32,000 nucleotides of DNA from Coriobacteriales bacterium OH1046 (GTDB lineage: Bacteria; Actinomycetota; Coriobacteriia; Coriobacteriales; Atopobiaceae). The position numbers were made by a program, and so were the translations under genes. Every line of letters starts with the position of its first letter. Within the stretch, counting starts at the first letter, position 1. Below the pieces are notes generated by a model. It was not told the origin of the DNA and searched no databases. It saw only the letters and a list, made by a program, of their open reading frames with translations. Shown piece after piece: positions 17,608 through 27,925 of the stretch. Location: NCBI GenBank assembly GCA_004010535.1, contig RQYE01000003.1, forward strand, positions 192,936-224,935, given 5' to 3'.

Positions 17608-18579
17608 ATGCTCGTCAATATGAATGAACTGCTCTCTGTCGCCGATGAGGGCCATTTCGCCGTCCCTGCGTTCAACATCAGCTCGTACGCCATGTTCAAC
17701 GGCATCATGGACATCTCCGAGCGGAAGAGCGCTCCCGTGATCATCGAGATCCATCCCAACGAGCTCAAGCATATCGGTTCCGATGCGATCGCCGGCATGG
17801 TCAGGCGCGCCGGGTCCTCCACCGTCCCCGTGGTCATCCATCTCGACCACGGCTCATCCTTCGCCGATGTCATGGCCGCCATCCGCGCCGGTTTCACAAG
17901 CGTCATGATCGACGCCTCCGCGCTCCCCTTCGAGGAGAACGTCGCGCTCGCCAAGAAGGTCGTCGAGGCTGCACATGCCGCCATCAGCTATACTGCCTGC
18001 TACGACGACGATGATCCGCGCCGCGCCGAGGTCCCCGACGGTGACGAGTGGCACTACGTGCCCAGCGCGTTCAACCGCTACGTCTCGGTCGAGGCCGAGC
18101 TCGGCAGCATCGGCGTGACCGATGCCGACAAGGCCTTCGGCCAGGTCATCCACTACACCCGGCCCGACGAGGCAGTGAAGTTCATCAAGGCGACCGGTAT
18201 CGATACCCTCGCCATCGCCATCGGCACCTGCCATGGCCTCTATCCCGAGGGCTATGCGCCCGAGCTCAAGCTCGACCTGCTGCGCGAGATCAGGGCGGCT
18301 ATCGCCGACGCGGGCCTCACCTGCTACCTCGTGCTCCATGGCGGCTCCAACAATCCCGATGGCGAGATCGCCGAGGCTGCACGTTCCGGCATCGGCAAAA
18401 TCAATATCTCGAGCGATATCAAGGCCGCCTATTACACGAAGATGCGCGAAGTGCTCGCGGACAAGGGCCTGCGCGAGCCCAACGAGATCGAGCCTTTCTG
18501 CATCGTCGCCCTGCAAGAGGTCGCGGCCCAGAAGATAGACCTGTTCGGCGCTGCCGGCGCTGCCAAACGCTATGTCTGA
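17608..18579 (+). CDS. Class II ketose/fructose-bisphosphate aldolase family protein
   Basis: MLVNMNELLSVADEGHFAVPAFN, VVIHLDHG, SVEAELG, AIGTCHG and LVLHGGS are all present. Start 17608 (GGAGA 8 nt upstream) is preferred over the track start 17437, which would overlap the divergent metG start. Confidence 0.88.
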   Translation: MLVNMNELLSVADEGHFAVPAFNISSYAMFNGIMDISERKSAPVIIEIHPNELKHIGSDAIAGMVRRAGSSTVPVVIHLDHGSSFADVMAAIRAGFTSVMIDASALPFEENVALAKKVVEAAHAAISYTACYDDDDPRRAEVPDGDEWHYVPSAFNRYVSVEAELGSIGVTDADKAFGQVIHYTRPDEAVKFIKATGIDTLAIAIGTCHGLYPEGYAPELKLDLLREIRAAIADAGLTCYLVLHGGSNNPDGEIAEAARSGIGKINISSDIKAAYYTKMREVLADKGLREPNEIEPFCIVALQEVAAQKIDLFGAAGAAKRYV

Positions 18580-18589
18580 AGGAGCATCC

Positions 18590-18826
18590 ATGCCCACCCT
18601 CGAATTGTATGTTCGCCGTTGGTGCCCCTTCTGCATGAAGGTCCGGCGCTTCATGGAGGGGCGGGGTATCGAGATCGCGCTCCACGATATCGGCGAATCG
18701 GCGGACGATCGCGCCTTCCTGCTCGAGAAGGGCGGGAAGGGGCAGGTGCCCTGCCTGTTCATCGATGGAGAGCCGCTCTACGAATCGGACGATATCATCG
18801 CCTATCTCGATAAGACCTTCGGTTAG
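18590..18826 (+). CDS. Glutaredoxin-family protein (CPFC active site)
   Basis: MPTLELYVRRWCPFCMKVRRF...GKGQVPCLFIDGEPLYESDDIIAYL shows a thioredoxin-fold pattern. GAAGGAG lies 5 nt upstream of the ATG at 18590. Confidence 0.85.
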   Translation: MPTLELYVRRWCPFCMKVRRFMEGRGIEIALHDIGESADDRAFLLEKGGKGQVPCLFIDGEPLYESDDIIAYLDKTFG

Positions 18827-18835
18827 GGATGCAGC

Positions 18836-19429
18836 ATGGCGCGCCTGCTCCTCCATGCCTGCTGCGGACCGTGCTCGCTCGAGCCGGTCCGCTCGCTCAT
18901 GGAGGAGGGCTATGAGCCCACGATCTGCTGGACCAATCCCAACATAGCGCCTGCTGCCGAGCATGAGCTGCGCCTCACGACGCTGCTCGATTGGGCGCGC
19001 GATACCGCCCACCTCGATGTCATCATCGCGGGCGACGACCGTGCGGCATGGGAGCGTACCGTCGCCCCGCATGGTTTCGACCGTCCTGCGCGCTGCCGCG
19101 CCTGCTACGCCCAGCGTCTCGGGGAGGCATGCCGCGTGGCGGCGGCGGAGGGGTTCACGTGCATCTCGACCACCCTTGCCGTCTCGCCCTACCAGCTCTT
19201 CGAGACCTGCACCGAAGAGCTCGTGCGCCTTGCCGGGGCCTACGGCCTCTCACCCGTGATCCGCGATTTCAGGCCGCTCTATCCCAACGCCACCCGTGCA
19301 TCGCGCGAACTGGGGATGTACCGTCAGAACTACTGCGGGTGCCGTTTCTCTGCCGCCGAGGCCCAGATCGAGCGCCAGCTCGCGCGCGACGCGCGCAAGG
19401 CCGGGAGGCCCTCGGGCCATGCGGGCTAG
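18836..19429 (+). CDS. queH: Epoxyqueuosine reductase QueH (DUF208 family)
   Basis: LLLHACCGPCS at the N-terminus, CRACY, and YRQNYCGCRFS near the C-terminus are the conserved Cys clusters of QueH. It lies immediately upstream of queA. Confidence 0.88.
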   Translation: MARLLLHACCGPCSLEPVRSLMEEGYEPTICWTNPNIAPAAEHELRLTTLLDWARDTAHLDVIIAGDDRAAWERTVAPHGFDRPARCRACYAQRLGEACRVAAAEGFTCISTTLAVSPYQLFETCTEELVRLAGAYGLSPVIRDFRPLYPNATRASRELGMYRQNYCGCRFSAAEAQIERQLARDARKAGRPSGHAG

Positions 19430-19439
19430 GCGATGGGCC

Positions 19440-20531
<1,092 letters not shown>

Positions 20532-20547
20532 AGCCGCTGGGCATGGT

Positions 20548-20665
20548 GCGTGACAGGGGGGCAGCCGTGACGCGTGACAGGGGGACAGGTCATTTGTCAC
20601 GCCTCTTACGGGCGTGACAAATGACCTGTCCCCCTGTCACGGTCCCCCTGTCACGGCGGTCACGC
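20548..20665. repeat. Compound palindrome built from GTGAC(A) units; the core is a perfect 31-bp stem (20573-20603 / 20611-20641) with a 7-nt loop
   Basis: The left arm GTGACAGGGGGACAGGTCATTTGTCACGCC and the right arm GGCGTGACAAATGACCTGTCCCCCTGTCAC are exact reverse complements. The flanks carry extra GTGAC/GTCAC copies (20550, 20567, 20574, 20596 | 20613, 20636, 20650, 20659). It lies between the convergent queA and the coiled-coil gene. Confidence 0.9.
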
Positions 20666-20703
20666 GAAAAGCGGCCTCTTTCACGGGAGCGGTAGAAGGC
20701 GGT

Positions 20704-22089
20704 TCACTTGGGTCCGAAGATGAGCCAGAGGATGATGGCCAGCACTACGACCGCAGCTACGATCACCGCGATGAACAGCACGCGTTTCCCGCGCGTGCTC
20801 TCGCGCAGGCTCTTCTCCGAGGCGGCGAGCGCTTGGATATGGGAGCGCTGCCGATCGAGCTCCGCCTTCTGCTGGTCGACCGATGTCATGAGCGATTCGG
20901 TGATCTCGGGCGTGGCGTGGATCTCGTTCGCCTCATCGAGAATCCCCTGCGCCTCCTTGATGCGATCCTCGGCCCCGCGCAGCACGCCCTGCGCATGCTC
21001 GATGCCGGCCACGCGGGTATCGATCTCGTGCCGAAGCGCGCGTTCCTTGCCCGTGGCATCCTTGTGCAGGCGATCGAATTCGGCGCGCCTATCCTCGGCC
21101 TCCTTCTTTGCCGTCTCATAATCGCCTTCGGCGGCTCCGAGCGACTGGCGCAACGTGAACAGCTGCTGCTGCGCGCTGTCCACCGCATACTGCGAGTCGG
21201 TCGTGGCCGTTTGGACATCGGCGCGGGCCGCCTCGACCGAAGCCGCTTCCTGGGCAACCTCGCCTTTGAGGTCGAAGATCGCGGAAAGGGCCGATGCAGG
21301 ATTGTCCTGCATGGCCTTGAGCTCCTCCTGGACCTTGCGCAGGCGCTCCTGGGCGCTGTCGAGCGTTCGGTTCGCGGAGGCGATGCTCTGCTCGCGGCGG
21401 CGCGTCACCTCTTCGACCTGAGACTCCGCGTCTTTGACTGCGCGGCGTGCATCGCCGAGGATGCGGCTCGTGTCATCCGAACGCTTGCGCGTGGACTCGA
21501 CGAGCGTCTTGTAGGGGCGTAGCATCTGCTCGTTCTCCGCCTTGAGGGCGGAAAGCTGGTTCGAGAGCTGATCGCGCTCGGCGGAGAGGGACTCGATGGT
21601 GGCGGTCGCCTCATGCGCCGCGCGCCCTGCATCCTGGAGTTCGGCGGTCTCGTTGGAGACGATGCGGGTGTAATCGGACTCGATGTCCAGACGGTGCTGG
21701 AGCGCGGCGCTATCCTGCTCGAATGCGGCCTGCATCTCGCGCATGCGGGCTTTGGCACCGGCATGCTCGCGTGCTGCTGATGCGACGTCCTTCAAGGCCG
21801 AGAGGCCCTCGGCCATGGCCGCTCCGGCGTTGCGGGCTGCTCCGGCGGCGGCATCGCCCGCTTTGGCGAACGTCTGCTGAACCGACGAGGCCGCAAGCGG
21901 CCTGCCCTCGTCGAATGCCGCATCTTCGGGTTCGTTCCCCCATACGGGCGCCCCTCCCGCGCCATCGTCCTCGGATGAGGCGTCCCCGGAGGAGGCATCC
22001 ATTGCAGCATCGGTCGCATCAGGATCGTCGCTTCGAATGCCGAAGATGTTGTCGAACGTGTCATCACGGATCTTGGAATCGTCTTCCAC
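20704..22089 (-). CDS. Hypothetical tail-anchored coiled-coil protein (acidic disordered N-terminus, long coiled coil, single C-terminal TM)
   Basis: 461 aa. The N-terminus is D/E/S/A-rich. About 300 aa of heptad-like, Q/E/R/A-rich sequence follows. The protein ends ...RGKRVLFIAVIVAAVVVLAIILWLIFGPK. I recognise no enzymatic motif. Confidence 0.75.
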   Translation of the reverse strand: MEDDSKIRDDTFDNIFGIRSDDPDATDAAMDASSGDASSEDDGAGGAPVWGNEPEDAAFDEGRPLAASSVQQTFAKAGDAAAGAARNAGAAMAEGLSALKDVASAAREHAGAKARMREMQAAFEQDSAALQHRLDIESDYTRIVSNETAELQDAGRAAHEATATIESLSAERDQLSNQLSALKAENEQMLRPYKTLVESTRKRSDDTSRILGDARRAVKDAESQVEEVTRRREQSIASANRTLDSAQERLRKVQEELKAMQDNPASALSAIFDLKGEVAQEAASVEAARADVQTATTDSQYAVDSAQQQLFTLRQSLGAAEGDYETAKKEAEDRRAEFDRLHKDATGKERALRHEIDTRVAGIEHAQGVLRGAEDRIKEAQGILDEANEIHATPEITESLMTSVDQQKAELDRQRSHIQALAASEKSLRESTRGKRVLFIAVIVAAVVVLAIILWLIFGPK

Positions 22090-22250
22090 GGTACGCTCCT
22101 TCTCGAAAATCGACCACCCACATCGTAGATTACCGCTTCCAGCTAAGAAGAGTTTGCATCCGATGCGAAAGATTAGGTATATATAGGTTTGGTTTTGGTA
22201 GGATTATCTCGGTTGGGGGATATCTACCCCGGAGAGTGAGGAGTTCTCAA

Positions 22251-22523
22251 ATGGTTTCTGCACAGACTATGATCGTCAATGCCACCGGCCTGCATGCTCG
22301 TCCCGCCTCCCTGTTCGTCTCGGAGGCGAAGAAGTTCGCGAGCGCCATCACCATCAAGAACGTCGACAAGGACACCGCTCCTGTCAACGCGAAGTCGATC
22401 ATGATGATCCTTGCCGCCGGCCTCGGCACCGGCACCAAGATCGAGATCGCCTGCGATGGCGAGGACGAGCAGGCCGCCCTCGACGCCCTCATGGCCCTGA
22501 TCGACGGCGGTTTCGGGGAGTAG
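22251..22523 (+). CDS. ptsH: Phosphocarrier protein HPr
   Basis: MVSAQTMIVNATGLHARPAS has the phospho-His at position 15. The regulatory Ser motif VNAKSIMMIL is present. It is 90 aa, with GAGGAG 7 nt upstream. Confidence 0.93.
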   Translation: MVSAQTMIVNATGLHARPASLFVSEAKKFASAITIKNVDKDTAPVNAKSIMMILAAGLGTGTKIEIACDGEDEQAALDALMALIDGGFGE

Positions 22524-22551
22524 AGTCGGCGTGTGATCGCAGAGTGTGGCC

Positions 22552-22600
22552 GGGAAGACCCGATGGCCTACAAGGGCATCGGGTCTTCCCCTTCTTTTTT
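22552..22600 (+). terminator. Rho-independent terminator of ptsH
   Basis: A perfect 14-bp stem, GGGAAGACCCGATG (22552-22565) / CATCGGGTCTTCCC (22577-22590), has an 11-nt loop and is followed by CTTCTTTTTT (22591-22600). Confidence 0.9.
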
Positions 22601-22778
22601 CGGTCCCGACGGCCCCATCAACCGTATCCGCTACGACCTCCGCTGGCGTTTCCCCGGTGCCGGCAGATGCGGGCGGGCGCGGTTCCGTGCCCGTTGCTGC
22701 CCCGGACGGCACCATCGGCCGGCGCGGCGGGCGTGCACGGCGCTTTGGCCGGGAACCGCGGGAATTGTCTGGAGCTGA

Positions 22779-23918
<1,140 letters not shown>

Positions 23919-24235
23919 GCTGTCCTCCATCCCCTGCGGGGCATACGGTTCCGACGGGGCTGGCCTTCCGCTCCGAGGGGTGCGCGCCCGGGGCCCATCT
24001 TCCCTGCGGGAGCGCCTTCGGAGAAGCCGGCATCATCCGCTCGGGCGATTTCCCAAAGGCCGGATGGTATTTTCCTGACGGCGGCATATAATGGAGCCGA
24101 TAAATCGATAAGGGGCCCCGCCCCGTCACCTCCGTGTGATCCGAGCATGAAAAGGCAGATTCCCGCCATGGCCATCATCAGGCTCCCCCTGTGGTATAGG
24201 GCTATCCGTACCGTTTACGCATACGATGCAGGGAT

Positions 24236-27200
24236 GTGGCCGTAATGCCGCACCCCACCCCACCCCGTCGTTGGGAGCTGCTCGACCAGCGTGGCGATGT
24301 CGAGATCGAGCTCGAGCGCGAGCTCGGTACCAGCGCTCTGGTTGCCCGCGTCCTCGCCGCGCGCGGCATCTGCGACATCGAGGCCGCGCGCTCCTTCCTC
24401 ACCCCGTCGCTCGATCGCGATTGGGCGGATCCGCATGAGATCCCCGGCATGGCCGAGGCTGCCGACAGGGTGGAGGCGGCCCTCAAGGGACATGAGACCA
24501 TCGCCATCTTCGGCGACTTCGATGTCGACGGCATGAGCTCCACGTGCCTGCTCACCCTCGGCCTGCGCGAGCTGGGCGGTGCCGTCATGCCCTATATCCC
24601 GCACCGCTTCGGCGAGGGCTACGGCCTGTCCGAGGAGGCGCTGAACCGCGTCATCGCCGATTGCGATCCCGACCTCGTCATAACGGTCGATAACGGCATC
24701 GCCGCCGCCGCCGAGGTCGCATGGCTGCGCTCCCAGGGTATCGATGCGGTCATCACCGACCATCACGAGCCGGGCGATCTGGTGCCCGCGGAGGTCCCCG
24801 TCACCGATCCCAAGCTTTCGGCCGCCTGCGCGTCGCGCGAGCTGGCCGGCGCGGGCGTCGCCCTCAAATTGGTGGATGAGCTGGGCAGGCGCATGGGCAA
24901 GCCCGGACTCTGGCGCCGCTACACCGATGTCGCCACGCTCGGCACGCTCTCCGACATGATGCTCCTCACGCCCGAAAATCGCGCGCTTGTCGCCGAGGGC
25001 ATCGAGCGCATGCGCGCGACCACGCGCCCGGGCCTCGTCGCCCTTGCCGCCACGGCCGGCGTCGATCTCGCCGCCATCACGGCCGATTCCCTGCCCTTCT
25101 CCATCATCCCGCGCCTCAACGCAGCCGGACGCATGGGAACCAGCGATATCGCCTTCGATCTGCTCCTCACCGATGATCCCGCCGAGGCGGCCGTCCTCGC
25201 GGGCAAGCTCGAGGAGATCAACAGCAAGCGTCGAGAGATCGAGTCCATCCTTTCCGACGAGGCGCTCGCCAAGGTCGAGGAGGGCTACGCGGGCGGACGC
25301 GTGGTCGTCGTGGGCGGCGCGGGCTGGCATGAGGGCGTCAAGGGCATCGTCGCCAGCCGCATCGTCAACCGCTACCACGTGCCCGCGCTGCTCTTCACCA
25401 TATCCGACGGCATCGCCCGCGGAAGCGGCCGCTCGGTCGGCAGCGTCGACCTGTTCCACGCTGTCGAGCAGTGCTCCGATATGCTCATCCGGTTCGGAGG
25501 GCATCCGGGCGCCGTGGGCGTTACCGTGGAGGAGGCGCGCCTGGACGAATTCAGGCAACGCCTCGAGAACGTCCTCTCGAAGCTCCCTGCAGAGCAGTTC
25601 ATCGACACGGGAGAAGTTACGGCCACGGTCTCGCTCGACGAGCTCACCGTCGAATCCATCGGCTCGCTCGAATGCCTGCAGCCGTTCGGGCAGGGCAACA
25701 AGAGGCCCCTGTTCGCCGCCTGCGGCGTCGGCATGTCCAATCGAAGCTGCGTCGGCCTTGCCGGTACGCACCTGCGCTTCATGGCGACGGACGGCGCCGC
25801 GTCGGTTCCCGCCATCATGTTCAGAGCGCCGGATGTCGACCGCCTCGCCGCTTACGATGGGGAGTGCGACATCGTCTTCGATGCGGTCAACGAGACTTGG
25901 CAGGGCCGTACGAAGGCCAAGCTCATGGTGCGCGACATCCTCATCCGCGCGGATGGCGTCCGCCTTCAGACGGGAAGGGCCGAAGGCTCCATCTCCGACG
26001 AGCTCTTCGACAAGGCCGCTGAGATCCTTGCACGCGACGAGTACGCCTCGATCGCCGATGCGGAGCGCTTCGTCACCAAAGTCGTGGGCGTCTCCTTCGA
26101 GGGACGCCAGCAAAAAGTCGCCGGGCTTTCCGAGGGATCCGAGCTCGCGGTGGTCCGCCAACCCGACAACCCCTACGATCCCCATGCCATGGCGATCATG
26201 ACCTCTGCGGGCGATCAGGTGGGGTTCCTGCGCCGCCAGATCGCCAGGGCCCTGGCACCGCTTGCCGATGCCGGGGCGCGCTACCGTGCCCGCGTCCTGC
26301 AGGTGACGGGCGGCGATCAGCGCTCGTGGGGCGTCAACATCGAGGTCGCACGCGTCGAGGACACCGGCGCGCGGGGCGGGGACGAGACGGGGGCCCGCCC
26401 CGAGCGCGCCCGCCTCTCCGCACTTCCAGCTGCTGAGCTCATCGACGAGCTGCGCAGGCGCATGATCGGCTCGAACCGGCTCCTTCCCGCCCAGGCCAAG
26501 ACGCTCGGACTTCTGGGCGACAGGCGCAGCAGCCTCTGCATCATGGCGACCGGTCGCGGGAAATCCCTCATCTTCCACCTGCATGCCGCGCGGACGGCAC
26601 TGCTCGAGAACAGGGCGAGCGTGTTCGTGTACCCGCTTCGCGCCCTCGTCGCCGATCAGTCGTTCCATTTGGCGGGGTCTTTCGGCGAGATCGGCATGAA
26701 GGTCGTCGTCCTCACGGGTGAGACGCCGCTCGACGAGCGCGCTGCGATCTTCTCGGAGCTGGCCGCCGGCGATGCGGACATCGTCCTCACCACGCCGGAG
26801 TTCCTCGCCATCCACAAGGCCCGCTTCGCCGAGGCGGGCCGCGTGGGTTTCGTCGTCATCGACGAGGCCCATCATGCCGGCCTCTCAAAATCGGGCAATC
26901 GGAGCGCCTATGCGAGCCTTCCCGAGGTGAGGGCGGCGCTCGGCGAGCCCACCGTCCTCGCGGTGACGGCAACCGCCGAGGATGCGGTCGCACAGGAGAT
27001 CTGCCGTCTCGCCGGTATCGATGCCGATTCGGTGGTGGTCGATCGGTCTATCCGCGATAACCTCCGCATCATCGATCATCGCAACGCCAAGGACCGCGAA
27101 TCCGAGCTGGTCTCGGTCGTCTCGCGGGGTGCGAAGTGCATCGTCTACGTCAACTCGCGCGAGCAATCCATATCGTTGGCGCGGATGCTGCGCCGTAAGA

Positions 27201-27913
27201 TCCCCGAGCTGGGCCGGTCCATCTCGTTCTACAACGCGGGGCTCACCCGCAGCGAGCGCACCCGCGTCGAGCGGGCGTTCAGGTCGGACGAGCTCTCCTG
27301 CATCGTCTCCACGAGCGCCTTCGGCGAGGGGGTCAACCTTCCCGATATCGCACACGTCATGCTCTACCACATGCCCTTCGGCCGCATCGAGTTCAACCAG
27401 ATGAGCGGCCGAGCGGGCAGGAATGGCGAGGATGCCGAGGTGCATATCCTGTTCGGTTCCAAGGACACCAAGATCAACGAGCGCATCATCGCAAGCTCGG
27501 CTCCCATGCGCGGCGAGCTGTCGTTGCTCTACCGTGCCCTCATGACGCTGTCCCATCGTGCCGTATCCTCCACGGGAGAGGCGGGCTTCTCCGAGTCGAA
27601 CGCCGCGATCGCCGATCTTGCGCGCTCCATCGACCCCAAGACCCCCATCGACGAGCGCTCGGTATCATGCGGCATCTCGATCTTCCGCGAGCTGGGTTTC
27701 CTCGCAACCACGGGCTTCGGCACGGCACGGCGCATAGAGATGGTAGAATCTCCAGTGCGCATGGATCTCGGTTCGTCGATCCGCTACCTCGAGGGGCTCA
27801 GGTCGCGTGAGGAGTTCGGCGCCTTCTCGACGTGGGTGCTCACAGCCTCCGCCGACGAGATGCTCGCTCAGATCAACAGGCCCATCACGCCGACGTTCGG
27901 CATCGGGGTCTAG
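24236..27913 (+). CDS. recJ: Single-stranded-DNA exonuclease RecJ fused to a HIRAN domain and a RecQ-family SF2 helicase core
   Basis: One uninterrupted 1225-aa frame. RecJ motifs are IFGDFDVDG, VDNG, ITDHHEP (24758-24766 = DHH) and FGGHPGAVG. The HIRAN-like block is VVGVSFEGRQQ...VRQPDNPYDPHAMAI...GFLRRQIARALAPLAD...VTGG. Helicase motifs are MATGRGKS (I), PLRALVADQ (Ia), VVIDEAHH (II), VTATA (III), STSAFGEGVNLPD (V) and QMSGRAGRNG (VI). The start is GTG 24236 or ATG 24245. Confidence 0.9.
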   Translation: MAVMPHPTPPRRWELLDQRGDVEIELERELGTSALVARVLAARGICDIEAARSFLTPSLDRDWADPHEIPGMAEAADRVEAALKGHETIAIFGDFDVDGMSSTCLLTLGLRELGGAVMPYIPHRFGEGYGLSEEALNRVIADCDPDLVITVDNGIAAAAEVAWLRSQGIDAVITDHHEPGDLVPAEVPVTDPKLSAACASRELAGAGVALKLVDELGRRMGKPGLWRRYTDVATLGTLSDMMLLTPENRALVAEGIERMRATTRPGLVALAATAGVDLAAITADSLPFSIIPRLNAAGRMGTSDIAFDLLLTDDPAEAAVLAGKLEEINSKRREIESILSDEALAKVEEGYAGGRVVVVGGAGWHEGVKGIVASRIVNRYHVPALLFTISDGIARGSGRSVGSVDLFHAVEQCSDMLIRFGGHPGAVGVTVEEARLDEFRQRLENVLSKLPAEQFIDTGEVTATVSLDELTVESIGSLECLQPFGQGNKRPLFAACGVGMSNRSCVGLAGTHLRFMATDGAASVPAIMFRAPDVDRLAAYDGECDIVFDAVNETWQGRTKAKLMVRDILIRADGVRLQTGRAEGSISDELFDKAAEILARDEYASIADAERFVTKVVGVSFEGRQQKVAGLSEGSELAVVRQPDNPYDPHAMAIMTSAGDQVGFLRRQIARALAPLADAGARYRARVLQVTGGDQRSWGVNIEVARVEDTGARGGDETGARPERARLSALPAAELIDELRRRMIGSNRLLPAQAKTLGLLGDRRSSLCIMATGRGKSLIFHLHAARTALLENRASVFVYPLRALVADQSFHLAGSFGEIGMKVVVLTGETPLDERAAIFSELAAGDADIVLTTPEFLAIHKARFAEAGRVGFVVIDEAHHAGLSKSGNRSAYASLPEVRAALGEPTVLAVTATAEDAVAQEICRLAGIDADSVVVDRSIRDNLRIIDHRNAKDRESELVSVVSRGAKCIVYVNSREQSISLARMLRRKIPELGRSISFYNAGLTRSERTRVERAFRSDELSCIVSTSAFGEGVNLPDIAHVMLYHMPFGRIEFNQMSGRAGRNGEDAEVHILFGSKDTKINERIIASSAPMRGELSLLYRALMTLSHRAVSSTGEAGFSESNAAIADLARSIDPKTPIDERSVSCGISIFRELGFLATTGFGTARRIEMVESPVRMDLGSSIRYLEGLRSREEFGAFSTWVLTASADEMLAQINRPITPTFGIGV

Positions 27914-27925
27914 GGGGAGGCCGAC

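Noticed and set aside
20548-20665. GTGAC-repeat cluster considered as a CRISPR-like or tandem-repeat array
   Set aside because: The units are 5-11 nt, irregularly spaced and arranged as a palindrome. There are no spacers of uniform length, so it is not a CRISPR array.
23919-24235. 317-nt gap between tgt and recJ, considered for yajC, a small RNA or a promoter (TATAAT at about 24087)
   Set aside because: It has no convincing ORF, no matching -35 at proper spacing, no strong hairpin/T-tract and no tRNA-like features. It is left unannotated.
24147-24245. 32-codon ORF (MKRQIPAMAIIRLPLWYRAIRTVYAYDAGMWP) whose TAA overlaps the alternative recJ ATG in a TAATG arrangement, suggesting a leader peptide
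   Set aside because: There is no Shine-Dalgarno upstream of its ATG. It is short and could easily arise by chance. I kept it only as a note, and ribosome profiling would be needed.
24215-26875. 886-aa minus-strand ORF opposite recJ, and similar antisense ORFs at 22224-23756 and 13039-14289
   Set aside because: They are antisense to genes with unambiguous motifs (recJ, tgt, ppc). Their composition is low-complexity, with Arg/Gly/Ala/Asp bias.
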